Source: Rebecca billardiae RCC1528 (lineage: Eukaryota; Protista; Haptophyta). From it: 64,000 nucleotides of DNA. The stretch is taken from the NCBI GenBank assembly GCA_965240325.2, contig OZ251234.1, forward strand, positions 1,922,001-1,986,000, given 5' to 3'. The notes beneath the pieces were generated by a model. It saw only the letters and a list, made by a program, of their open reading frames with translations, searched no databases and was not told the origin of the DNA. The position numbers and the translations under genes were made by a program. Positions 1 through 9,694 of this stretch are shown here, piece after piece; position 1 is the first letter of the stretch; every line of letters starts with the position of its first letter.

Positions 1-1152
1 CTGCAGCCCACCGACGATGTGTCGACTGTCGACAGGCGTGTGGCCGTCAATAAATCCCCCATTGGCACGACGCGCCCTTGCCAGATGCGCGAGTGCACTC
101 CCCCGGACCGTCATACACACTGGGCTGTGAGCCCCGTCATCTGTGCTCCCTCTGTAGTGATCTCTGCTGAGAATACGGGTACACTTCATCAGAGAGCAGT
201 GAGCCCATGTCGGGGTGAGCTGCTGATTAGTAACGGCTGCCACCAGCCCTCGGTGTTTACTGTTTATCGCCGCCCCAGGCCCGCCGCCGGGCTAAGGCAG
301 CTAAGGACGCCCAGGCGGGGCAGGGTGCCACTGGGTGGGATTCAACCGATATGCTTCAATATATGTCACATGGGCATGCCGTCTGACGATGATCATGTGA
401 TGCCGAGCAGGCGACTGATAAGTGATATATCGGGGCCGTCATCTGGCGCCCACCGCTGCCGTCACTCTTTAAAACCTGTACGACCAGTACCGGCAGCCTG
501 TAGTAGTAAAGTAGTAAAGCAATAACGAACTGGGCACGCGCAGGACTGGCGGGCGGCGGCTGCCTCTATTAGTCTATAAGTATAACAGTTAATAACACGA
601 CGACATTCTGGCGACGCCGACGACAGCAGCCGAGTCGCGCCATAACCGGAATGGCGCTAAAAGTGATATTCTGGCCGTATAATTGCGACTGCTTTATTAG
701 GCGTTGCAGTCAGTTGCTATATATAATAATATTTATGGTCGTATTATTACAACGGCTACGGTAATAAGCTAGTTAGCTACCGCTAGCAGTTATTCCGGTA
801 CCTGGCTGACAAGCTGATGCCAGCAGATGATTCAGATTATATTGGCAAATACACTTTCAGCACTAGATTGGCACTGCAAGTCACTCGGACTCACTCAGTC
901 GAGTCAGTCGGGAGTGACCGACTGCTAAGCTTTATTTTTACTAATATATATTAATAAATTATATATATATTCAAAATACGAATGTTCGGCGCTCATTGTT
1001 ATAAATAATAATACTATTAGTTACAAACAGCTCTAGCTTATAGCTGATAGCTACGGACGGTGTCGACTGAATCCGACTCAGGTCCAGGACGAAGGCTCCA
1101 TGGAGATTCGGATAGTCGTCGGAGATTGACTGATAATATAATCCGATGCTGC

Positions 1153-3104
1153 TTAGGCGTGGATGTCCAGGATCTCCTGAGCGAGGTGCGCAGCCGTGAG
1201 CGCGGCGTGCGTCGGGACGAGCCACGGGATCTCCTCGCGGAGCGACGGCAGCATGTACATGCCGCCGAAAGTGAGCAGGGCGCCCAGCGCCATCGGGTGC
1301 GGCAGCACGCCGTAGGGGAAGCCGCCCGCGCGCGTGGGCTGGCACGCGCCCATCTCCGAGCCAAAGTAGGCGCGCGTGGGGCCGAGGCGCGCGAGCGCGA
1401 GCGCGGAGAGCGCGAGGCCGCCGCACACGAGCGCGATGGAGGCGGTGTCCGATGGCTGCACGTGGCGTGTGTAGTGGTAGCCCAGCTGCGAGAACGCCAC
1501 AAGCTGTGGGTCGTCGCGGCGTGCATCGCGGCACGCGGCACGCGCGCGTGAGGTGTGCAAGAGGGGGCAGGGCGCGCTTGCTTGCTCGCGCACGCGCTGC
1601 CGCGCACCTTGAACGCAATCGAGTCGCGGATGAACTTGCCGAGCGAGGCCTTGTTGCGGTGGTAGTACGTGGCGATCGCCTTCACGTGGTGCAAGAAGGA
1701 CGTGGCCGCCAGGAAGAAGCGCGAGCCTGCACGCACACACGCGCACACGCGCACCGCGCGCGGCGCGGCAGCGCGCCGCCGGACGTGTGAGCTATCGCGC
1801 GGGGGCGGCGCGAGGCGCGCGCGGCGGCGCGTACCGGCGAAGGCGCTGATGGCGCCGAGGCCGAGGAAGAAGACGATGTTGTTCAGCCCCATCAGCTGCT
1901 CCATCCGGAACGTCATCTCCGTGCCGAGCAGCACCATCTTGGTCATGAACTGCCAGAAGAGGTTGGCCGCAGAGATGGTGTTCACAAACAGGTAGCGGAA
2001 GCCCTGGTTGTACTTGGTGGTGAGGTGGCCGAGGTAGCGGCCGACGGGGCCGAGGCACTTGGGGTACACGACGTAGTGCATCTTGCACGTGATCCGGCGC
2101 TCCGCGTTCGGCCGCGCCGCGTCCGACTCGATCCGGTGCACCTCGCGGTGGAAGTCGAGGCCGATCACCTCGCCGTCAGAGATGGCCACGCGGAACGGCT
2201 GCATCGGGAAGACGGTCGAGATCTGCGTGTTCGTCGTGATCGCGACGAGCGTGCGGTAGACGTAGCAGAAGGGGTACAGCATGTACGGCCCGTCGACGTG
2301 GTCCATGAAGAACACCGTGTCCGAGTTCTTGTTGTGCACGATCGAGGCGACGTAGACCTCGTTCATGCCGGGGAGGCACTCGACCGCGTACTGCGACGCG
2401 TCAAAGCGGCCGTGGAACATGGCCTTCATCTCGTCGGACTGCGCGATGGCCTCGAAGGCGGCCTTCTCCGGCGCGGGCAGCTCGAGCGCCCACCAGTGCG
2501 TCGTGCACGACTCCGACGGCTTCTGCGCCACCACCCAGTCGCGCAGCTGCTTGATCGATGCGCGCACGCTCGCCTCGCCCAGCTTGGTGAAGAGCACGTC
2601 GTTGCGCGGCGTGAGCCAGAGGAGGACGCCCGACCACGCGCGCGTGGCGTGCACCGCGTCGAGGACGAGGGGGAGCAGGTAGTACGTGTGCTGCATGAGC
2701 AGCGCCCAGAAGTCCTCCGACTTCTGGTACGACGACTGGTACGTGGCCTCGCCGGTGACCCAGTGCGCGAGGTCCTGGCCAAAGTAGCTCAGCGCGATGA
2801 GGCCCAGGCTCGCGGTCCAGCCGAGCGCGAGGCGGGCGGCGAGCACGGCCAGACCGGCCGTCGCGAGCCCACTCGCCACGACGAGGCCCGCCGGCAGCAC
2901 GAACGCGAGCGACGCCGCGTACACCGCCGCGACGCCGACGGCGACCTCCGTCGAGGTCGCGTTCGCGATCAGGCCGAGGCCGCCGAGCAGGCCGGCGGGC
3001 GAGAGCCCCGCGTGTAGCAGCACGTTGAGCGTGCCGCGGTGGAACTTGAGGAACCCGAGGCGGTGCTGCTCGTACCCCATGCTCGCGGCGTCGGCCGATG
3101 CCAT
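1153..3104 (-). CDS. Three-domain membrane protein: Mpo1/DUF962-like N-terminus + 2OG-Fe(II) oxygenase-like core + PEMT-like methyltransferase C-terminus (3 exons; introns 1727-1834 and 1504-1607)
   Basis: ATG at 3104. Mpo1-like motifs FHRGTLNVLLH and QDLAHW. Oxygenase-like DHVDGP...FHREVH...RIT. PEMT-like YFGSEMG...GFPYGVLPHPM. Two GT...CAG introns (108 and 104 nt) join ORF 1038..3308 to ORF 1153..1746 in frame. Confidence 0.75.
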
Positions 3105-3416
3105 GGCGAGCGGTCCCGTGCGCGAACGCGGCGCCAGCTGCAGGAGCCTCCAGATGCACCGCCGCCCACGCTGCCTGGTGCGTCGACCAATCAGAGCTGG
3201 CCTCCCGCGTTTTCGCGGGGAGTCCTGGAGCGTGAGATGTTTGGGCGGTGGCCCTTTCCGGACTGCTTGTCCGGGCGCGGAAGCCATCACGGCGAGGGAA
3301 GCGACCACAACTGGGGCGGTGGCCGTGTCCTCTGCAGTGGCGAGCAGCAGCTTCGCCGAGAGGCCGCTGGGTGCGGCGCGGGGGCTGGTGGGTGCTCACG
3401 CGCCGCCCGGCCCCAG

Positions 3417-6407
3417 ATGGAGCAGCCAATGGACCCGCTCGAGCGCTTCCTCGCCCGCTTCGATCCGCTCGGCTCGCCGCCGACGCACCACGACGCGTGC
3501 GGCGGCGGGACCGTGCCCAGCGGCAGCGGCGCGAGCACGCCGCCGCAGCCGCCGAGCGCATGCACAGGCGGCGCCGCCAGCACCAACGGCAGCATCAGCC
3601 CATATCGGACCCCTGCTCGCCTAACGGATGTCGTTCACGACCTCGCCTCGCGCAGACAATCGCACGCGCAGCCGCAGCACGGCACGCCGCCGCATGCCAG
3701 CGGCGGCGTTCTCCTGCGCACGCCGTCTGCGGCGGGCTCGACGGGCGGCGAGAGCATGGGCGGGAGCGGCGGCTACCCGCACGGTTACGCGCCGCACGGC
3801 TACCCGCACAGCGCGGGCGGCGGCTCGCGCAACCTCTCGCCCTCCGCCTCGTCGGTCGGGCGGCACAGCACGGCGAGCGAGCCAATCCGCTCGCTGCTCA
3901 AGGAGGCGGTGGGCCCGTCGCTCTCGGGCGTGTTCGGCCGCGCGGCGACGCTCACGGTGGCGGCGGGGAGCGCGGCCAAGTCGGCCACCACCAAGGTCGT
4001 CTCCGCCGCGCGCGACCACGCCGCCGCCGCCTCGGCCGAGCGCACGGAGACGCAGGTGAAGCGCGCGATGCACGTCAACGCCGCGCACGTGATCACCTCA
4101 GACTACGTCGCGCTCACCGGCCCGCTCGAGAACGGCGTGCTGCTCACCGACCGCTCGGACCGGCGACTCAAGCTGTTCAAGTCGCTCGCGCACCTTGAGC
4201 CGGGGCACACCTACCTCACCGAGTTCGGCAACACGCTCGAGCGCACGCACGCGCACGTCGCGGTGCTCGGCGGCTCGATCGAGATTGCAATCTCGCCGAG
4301 CGCCGAGTACGACTTCGACGCGGCGCAGGCGGCGGCGCAGGCGGCGAAGGCGGCGAAGGCGATGGCCGAGGCGGCCGGGTCGCCGCCTGCGCTCACGCCC
4401 ACGGGCGGCAGCGCGGTGAGGCGACACTCGCCCCTCGCTGCCGACGCGAATAGCGCGAGCCCAGCGCGGGCGTACACCAGCCCGGCGGCGGCGGCGGCGG
4501 TCGCGACGACTGCCGCCGGCGCGCAGTGCGGCGCGGGGCCACCGAGCGGCTGCCCGATTCCAGGCAGCGCCAGTGGTGGGAGCGACTCGGGCGGGAAGCC
4601 GACGATTGGCGCTCGGCTCGCAGCCTACGAAGACTTCGCCGCGCAGAGACACCCGGTGGATCCGGGCAGCCTCGCGCGCCCACCTCCGCGCTCGGCGGCC
4701 GCCGCGCCGACCGCCGCCGCCGCCGGTACTGTCACACGGCTGCCAGCATGCGCGGCGGCCGCAGCGCCCGCGCCGCCAACATCGGCCGCGGCGGCGTTAG
4801 CGGTGGTCGCCGCCCCGACGCCGCGTGCGCAGGCGCCCGCCGTGGACGCGCAGCCTGCGCCTTCCCCACCGCCGCAACCTCCGCAGCCAGCGACCGCCCT
4901 GGTAGCTCACACGGCTGCGGCGCCGGCCGCGGTGGCCTCGCCGCCCGTGCCGCCGCCGCGCGCGTCGCCACCGCCCGCGGCGGCGCAAGCGGCTGGGCCG
5001 CAGCCGGCGCAGGAGCCGGCTTTGGCGACGCCGGCACCACCGCCAGCGCCCGTGCCTCAGCTGCCGGTGCCACTGTCGCCGCCGCAGCCGCCGCCAGTGC
5101 CCTTGTCGGATGAGGGTCCGGTGCCCGCCTGCTCGGCGGCTGCGGCGGCGCCACAGCCGCCGCCCACACAGCCGCAGCCGCAGGCACAGACGCAGACGCC
5201 GCTGCAGCCGCAGCCGCAGTCAAAGCCGCAGCCGCAGCCGCAGCCGCAGCCGCAGCCGCAGTCGCAGCCGCAGCCGCAGCCGCAGCCGCAGCCGCAGCCG
5301 CAGCCGCAGCCGCAGCCGCAGCCGCAGCCGCAGCCGCAGCCGCAGCCGCAGCCGCAGCCGCAGCCGCAGCCGCAGCCGCAGCCGCAGCCGCAGCCGCAGC
5401 CGCAGCCGCAGCCGCAGCCGCAGCCGCAGCCGCAGCCGCAGCCGCAGCCGCAGCCGCAGCCGCAGCCGCAACCGCAGCCGCAGCCGCAGCCGCAGCCGCA
5501 GCCGCAGCCGCAGCCGCAGCCGCAGCCGCAGCCGCAGCCGCAGCCGCAGCCGCAGCCGCAGCCGCAGCCGCAGCCGCAGCCGCAGCCGCAGCCGCAGCCG
5601 CAAATGCAGCAGCAGCAGCAGCAGCCGCCGCAACCGCCGCCGCCGCCGCCGCGGGCCGCCTCGATCGTGCTTGCGCAAGCCAAGGAGGGCGAGACCGTCG
5701 AAACCGTCGTCTCGGCGGCGGCTGCGTGGCTGGGGCGTGCGTGCGGGGGGCAGAGGGCCACCGAGCAGTCGCGCGCGCCGACCAGTGGGACCACCAGCCC
5801 GCCACCGCACGGCGGCGCGCACGCGGCACAGGTGAACGGCGGCGGCGCGAGCGAGGTGGTGGCGGCGAAGCTCGCGCGCGCGGACGACGCCAACGGCTCA
5901 GCGCGAGAGCACACGCCGCCCGCGGTGCGAGTGGAGGACCACACGCGCGCGGGCAGCACCTCCGCTCCGAGCGACGACGGCGCCTCGTGCGACGACGTCC
6001 GCGCGTCCGCGAGCGCGCCGCAGCTGCAGCACCCGGCTGCTTCGCCCTCACCGCCGCCGCCGCCGCCGCTTCCGGCAGAGAGCGGCCCGCCGGCCCCGCC
6101 GGACGAGAGCGTGGCGCGCGCGGCCGAGCTGCTCGCCGCCGCCGAGGCGCGGCGCGGCGCGCTGGAGCAGGAGCGCGTGCGCAAGCTGGGGGCACTCGAG
6201 GAGCGGCTGGCGGACGTGGACGGCTGGAAGGCCACGTGCGCGGCGGACGCGACGCGCGAGCGGCACATGCGCGAGCAGATGGCGCAGCGGCTCGGCCTGC
6301 TGGAGGAGCGCTTCGTCACGACCGAGTCGATGCTCCACCTGCTCCGGCGCGAGAACGAAGACCTCAAGCGGAGGCTGCAGGCGGCCGTGGACGCGGGCTT
6401 CGTGTGA
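3417..6407 (+). CDS. Pro/Ala-rich hypothetical protein with a long (Gln-Pro)n tract and C-terminal coiled coil
   Basis: Long ORF, likely start MEQPMDPLERF at 3417. Globular-looking segment at about 4050-4320. Heptad-like C-terminus (LEERLAD...LRRENEDLKRRL). Confidence 0.65.
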   Translation: MEQPMDPLERFLARFDPLGSPPTHHDACGGGTVPSGSGASTPPQPPSACTGGAASTNGSISPYRTPARLTDVVHDLASRRQSHAQPQHGTPPHASGGVLLRTPSAAGSTGGESMGGSGGYPHGYAPHGYPHSAGGGSRNLSPSASSVGRHSTASEPIRSLLKEAVGPSLSGVFGRAATLTVAAGSAAKSATTKVVSAARDHAAAASAERTETQVKRAMHVNAAHVITSDYVALTGPLENGVLLTDRSDRRLKLFKSLAHLEPGHTYLTEFGNTLERTHAHVAVLGGSIEIAISPSAEYDFDAAQAAAQAAKAAKAMAEAAGSPPALTPTGGSAVRRHSPLAADANSASPARAYTSPAAAAAVATTAAGAQCGAGPPSGCPIPGSASGGSDSGGKPTIGARLAAYEDFAAQRHPVDPGSLARPPPRSAAAAPTAAAAGTVTRLPACAAAAAPAPPTSAAAALAVVAAPTPRAQAPAVDAQPAPSPPPQPPQPATALVAHTAAAPAAVASPPVPPPRASPPPAAAQAAGPQPAQEPALATPAPPPAPVPQLPVPLSPPQPPPVPLSDEGPVPACSAAAAAPQPPPTQPQPQAQTQTPLQPQPQSKPQPQPQPQPQPQSQPQPQPQPQPQPQPQPQPQPQPQPQPQPQPQPQPQPQPQPQPQPQPQPQPQPQPQPQPQPQPQPQPQPQPQPQPQPQPQPQPQPQPQPQPQPQPQPQPQPQPQPQPQPQPQPQMQQQQQQPPQPPPPPPRAASIVLAQAKEGETVETVVSAAAAWLGRACGGQRATEQSRAPTSGTTSPPPHGGAHAAQVNGGGASEVVAAKLARADDANGSAREHTPPAVRVEDHTRAGSTSAPSDDGASCDDVRASASAPQLQHPAASPSPPPPPPLPAESGPPAPPDESVARAAELLAAAEARRGALEQERVRKLGALEERLADVDGWKATCAADATRERHMREQMAQRLGLLEERFVTTESMLHLLRRENEDLKRRLQAAVDAGFV
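5205..5600 (+). repeat. Coding hexanucleotide repeat (CAGCCG)n, about 66 units
   Basis: Near-perfect CAGCCG array read directly; translates as QP repeats. Confidence 0.95.
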
Positions 6408-6989
6408 CGGCGGCCGCGCCGCCCCGAGGCGGCTGCGTGGGCGCAGCGGAGAGCGCGGCTGCGGCGACGAGTGAGGCAGACACAGAGCCGTACCGGCGTG
6501 GCGGCAGCTGCGTGATGATTGCCGGGGCGCGCCACGACTCGCAAGGCACGGCCAGTGCGGCCGCGCCACGCGGCCTGCCGCGTGACGCTGTCGCTGCGGC
6601 CCGTGGCCGTGCACGCGGCTGATGCCAGGCAGCATGCCACTAGATGCCAGCGCGGTGATCCGCGTGCTGATGCCTGATATGGACGTGCTGCGCATGATGA
6701 TCAGCAGTAGTATGAGTAGATGAATAAGTGCATGAGTAGATCGATGACGATATATATATATATGACCGCGTTCCGCGGTCCTTCCGTAGAACCAACGTAG
6801 TTAGGGGCCCGCGGTGCACCCTCCGTCGGCATATGCTGTCCGTCCAACGCGCGGCCGTAGCGGCAGCAGCAGCGCGGAGCGCCGTCGACGGTCGAGCACG
6901 CGCGGCAAACGAATAATGGAATATTATGCAGCGCGGGCGAGTCGACGGTCTGGAAAATGCGCGATCACGCCACAGCAGGCTGGCAGAGC

Positions 6990-7830
6990 CCGCCCCGAGC
7001 TGCAGCATGCGCCGTAGGTGCTGCCCCAAGCTCTCGACTGCCCGTAAGCGGCGGCATGTGCGGCGGCGCCGGCGGCGGCCATGCTGCCCCGCCGTTGCGC
7101 GCCGCGGGGCGCTGCCAGCCCCTCCGTGGTGAAGCGCACAGCGCTCGAGCCCACAGGGGCTGGCGACCGTCAAACCGACACCCCATGACACGGGCCGGGG
7201 CTGCGTGTGCCAGCTGCACGCACCCCCTGGGCCCACCTGGCCCGCTCGAGCAGCTCGCGCCTTGGGTGCGCACAGCGGCTCGAGTATACTGGTATGGGAC
7301 GCCTGCTGCGGTGCCGCCGAGCGAGCACGTGCGGCCGAGGGTCACGCAGCACGGGCGACTCGACGGCGGCGAGCAGGCGCGACGGCCTCGCCGCGCCGCG
7401 GTAGAGCCTGCCCGGGCTGCAGCACGCCGTAGGAGCAGCCCAGCGCCCTCCTCCGCCCTCCAGCTTCGGCGCGCGCAGCAGGCCCGGCGGCGGACATGCT
7501 GGCGTGCCCAAGCAAGCAGGCAGATGGGCGCTGCCGGCCGCGCCGTCGCAAAGCGCGCAGAACTCGAGCTCGGGGGGGCGGACGGCCGCCAAACTGGCGC
7601 CGCAGGACGTGGCACTGCGTGCGCCAGCTGCGCGCACCCGCTGCGCCCGCGTAACCCGTGCGAGCGCCGCGCCTCGAGCACACGCCGCAGCAGCTCGACA
7701 CAGCCACTGCAGCGCGCACGCAGCCTGCACGGCCAGTGCACGCCGTGGCCCGTCGGCATCTTGCGGAAGCCGCCGAGAGCGTGTGCTTTCCCCGCACGAC
7801 GGCGGTAGCTGCCGCGATGTATACGAGCGT
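6990..7830. repeat. Diverged tandem duplication with a unit of about 420 bp, possibly decayed coding or TE sequence
   Basis: gctgcagcatgcgccgtagg (~6998) recurs as gctgcagcacgccgtagg (~7416). ctgcgtgtgccagctgcacgcaccc (~7201) recurs as ctgcgtgcgccagctgcgcgcaccc (~7615). Confidence 0.4.
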
Positions 7831-8540
7831 GCTGCCGCGCCGGCCGCCGCTGCCCGGCCGCTGCGCCGGCTTCCACTCCGCGCCCGCTGCGCGTCCGCAG
7901 CTGGCAGCTGCGCCCGCCGTCAGCCGGCCCGGTGGCCAGCTGCCGCGCTCGCTGGGCGACCACTCGATGATGCGCGCAGCGTAAAGTGCGCGCTGGGCAC
8001 CTCCTCGTCGCGTGCAATTTCGAGGTAGTCCTGCATCTGCTCCTGCATCAGCCCCTCCCACCCTGCGCGCGGGCGCGGACGGAGTCGCACGCACGCGGTC
8101 CGATCGACGATCGATCGAGGCGCGGGCCGCGGCGCCGGACGGGCGTCGACGCGCAGGTTAGTTAGGTATGGTGCCGGCGCTTCCCGCAGGCGTTGCGCGC
8201 TTGGGGGCGAGTGGGGCGCGTGGGCGAGACCAGCGGCCAGCCAGCCCACGCCACCGGCGCGAGGGCACCGGCGCGGCGCGCACACACACTTTGGGCCGCG
8301 GACCTGGTCGCGGGGCCGCCGCGCGGCTGCGTGACCGGCAGCTGTGAGTGAGCTGATCGAGTGAGCAAGCCGAATGCGCGTCCGGAGGTACCTGCAGGCG
8401 CGCTCGGGGAGGGCCGAGGGCGATAGGTCGAGACCAGCGGCCGGCCGGCACCCGTCGCGCACGCACTCGGTGCGCGCCTTTGAAGGCGGCATCCTCGCTC
8501 GGGCCGATGTCGTCGCGCCGCTCGCGAGCACGAGACAGCT

Positions 8541-8818
8541 GACAGGCGGGTAACTTGGTTGTGACAAGCGCTATTCAAAAGAATATATCTTTCAATATTA
8601 TCAAGGCGGTTCATCCATCGAGGCAAGCGGGTAACTGGCTTTAAATAGCGCTATTCAAAAGAATCTCTTCAATATGATGAGGAGGTTCATCCAACGAGAC
8701 AGGTGGGTAACTTGGTTTAAAAGCGCTATTCAAAAGAATCTCTTTCAATACCATGAGGCGGTTCATCCATCGAGACAGGCGGGTAACTTCTTTTCGCAAG
8801 CGCTATTCAAAAGAATCT
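8541..8818. repeat. AT-rich tandem minisatellite, unit about 77-80 bp, about 3.5 copies
   Basis: GGGTAACT...AGCGCTATTCAAAAGAAT...GGTTCATCCA repeats; the AGCGCTATTCAAAAGAAT core occurs 4 times. Confidence 0.85.
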
Positions 8819-9030
8819 GGCCTCATAGCTGTTTTCGACCCAAAACAATCAAACGTCGCTCGGCAAACTCGTACTCCAGCATACAAGAAGGACAAAAATA
8901 CTCACTTGTTTCACCCCCGGGGTATCTGATCCCACGTCCGTCCATCGACTTATGCGGAATGGCGTGGGCGCGCTTATTTCGTCAAGCGCGTAGTTGCTAA
9001 TGCAGAGCACTATGGGCCAACGTACCCCTC

Positions 9031-9638
9031 TGTTGAGCTGACGCGGCCTGGGGCGCGCATCTCAGCAGATGGCGTCGCCGCTGGGACGTCAGGGCCGGCG
9101 CCGCACCAGGCGGGCCGGCGTCATCAGCTACGGAGCAGTGGCTGGCTGGCGGCGCGCGCGCGCGGCGCGCGCGGCGGCAGGAGCGCGAGCGCAGCAGCGC
9201 TGGCGCGGATCGACGTGGACGCGGAGCGCGGACGCGGCAGCGCGGACGCGGAGCGACACGGACGCGGCGCGTGCGCGGGCGGTACGGCCCGGCGCAGCGC
9301 GACACGGTGACGTCGCACGGGCATGGCCCGGACGCCATCGTGGGAGTCCATCCGGATTTCCACTTTCGGAAAAGTGGGAATCCGGCTGAGGGTGGACGGA
9401 CGAGGACGTCCGGGAGTTACGTCGGGACGGGCGGTTTTCGGGAAGGTAACGCATTCCCCGGAGCCGGCCGCGACGTGGTCACCCCGCGACCAAAAGGTCG
9501 GCGGGAGGTTAGCTTGTCTTCGTAAAAGAGCGAAGGGAAGGAGATTGTCTTCGTGGGCGTCACCGACGACGCGCCCGAGGACGTGCCGGTGAGCTCTTAG
9601 CAGGGCTCGAGACGCTCGGAGCTCGCGTTTACCCAATA
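9031..9638 (+). repeat. 5' LTR (TGTTG...CAATA)
   Basis: Matches 15598-16205; the spurious ORFs in both LTRs translate identically. Confidence 0.95.
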
Positions 9639-9694
9639 TGCATGCAGCGATCGGGAGGGATCGTACGCGCGGCGCTTTCTCATCGATCGCGCCG

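Noticed and set aside
19-525. 168-aa ORF at the window start
   Set aside because: Non-ATG start, no coding-like composition and no motifs.
4732-6640. Poly-Ala, (CG)n, (RS)n and (LR)n ORFs
   Set aside because: Alternative frames of the CAGCCG repeat, not SR or metallothionein proteins.
8541-8818. CRISPR-like array
   Set aside because: The inter-core segments are similar to each other rather than unique spacers, there are no cas genes, and the context is eukaryotic.
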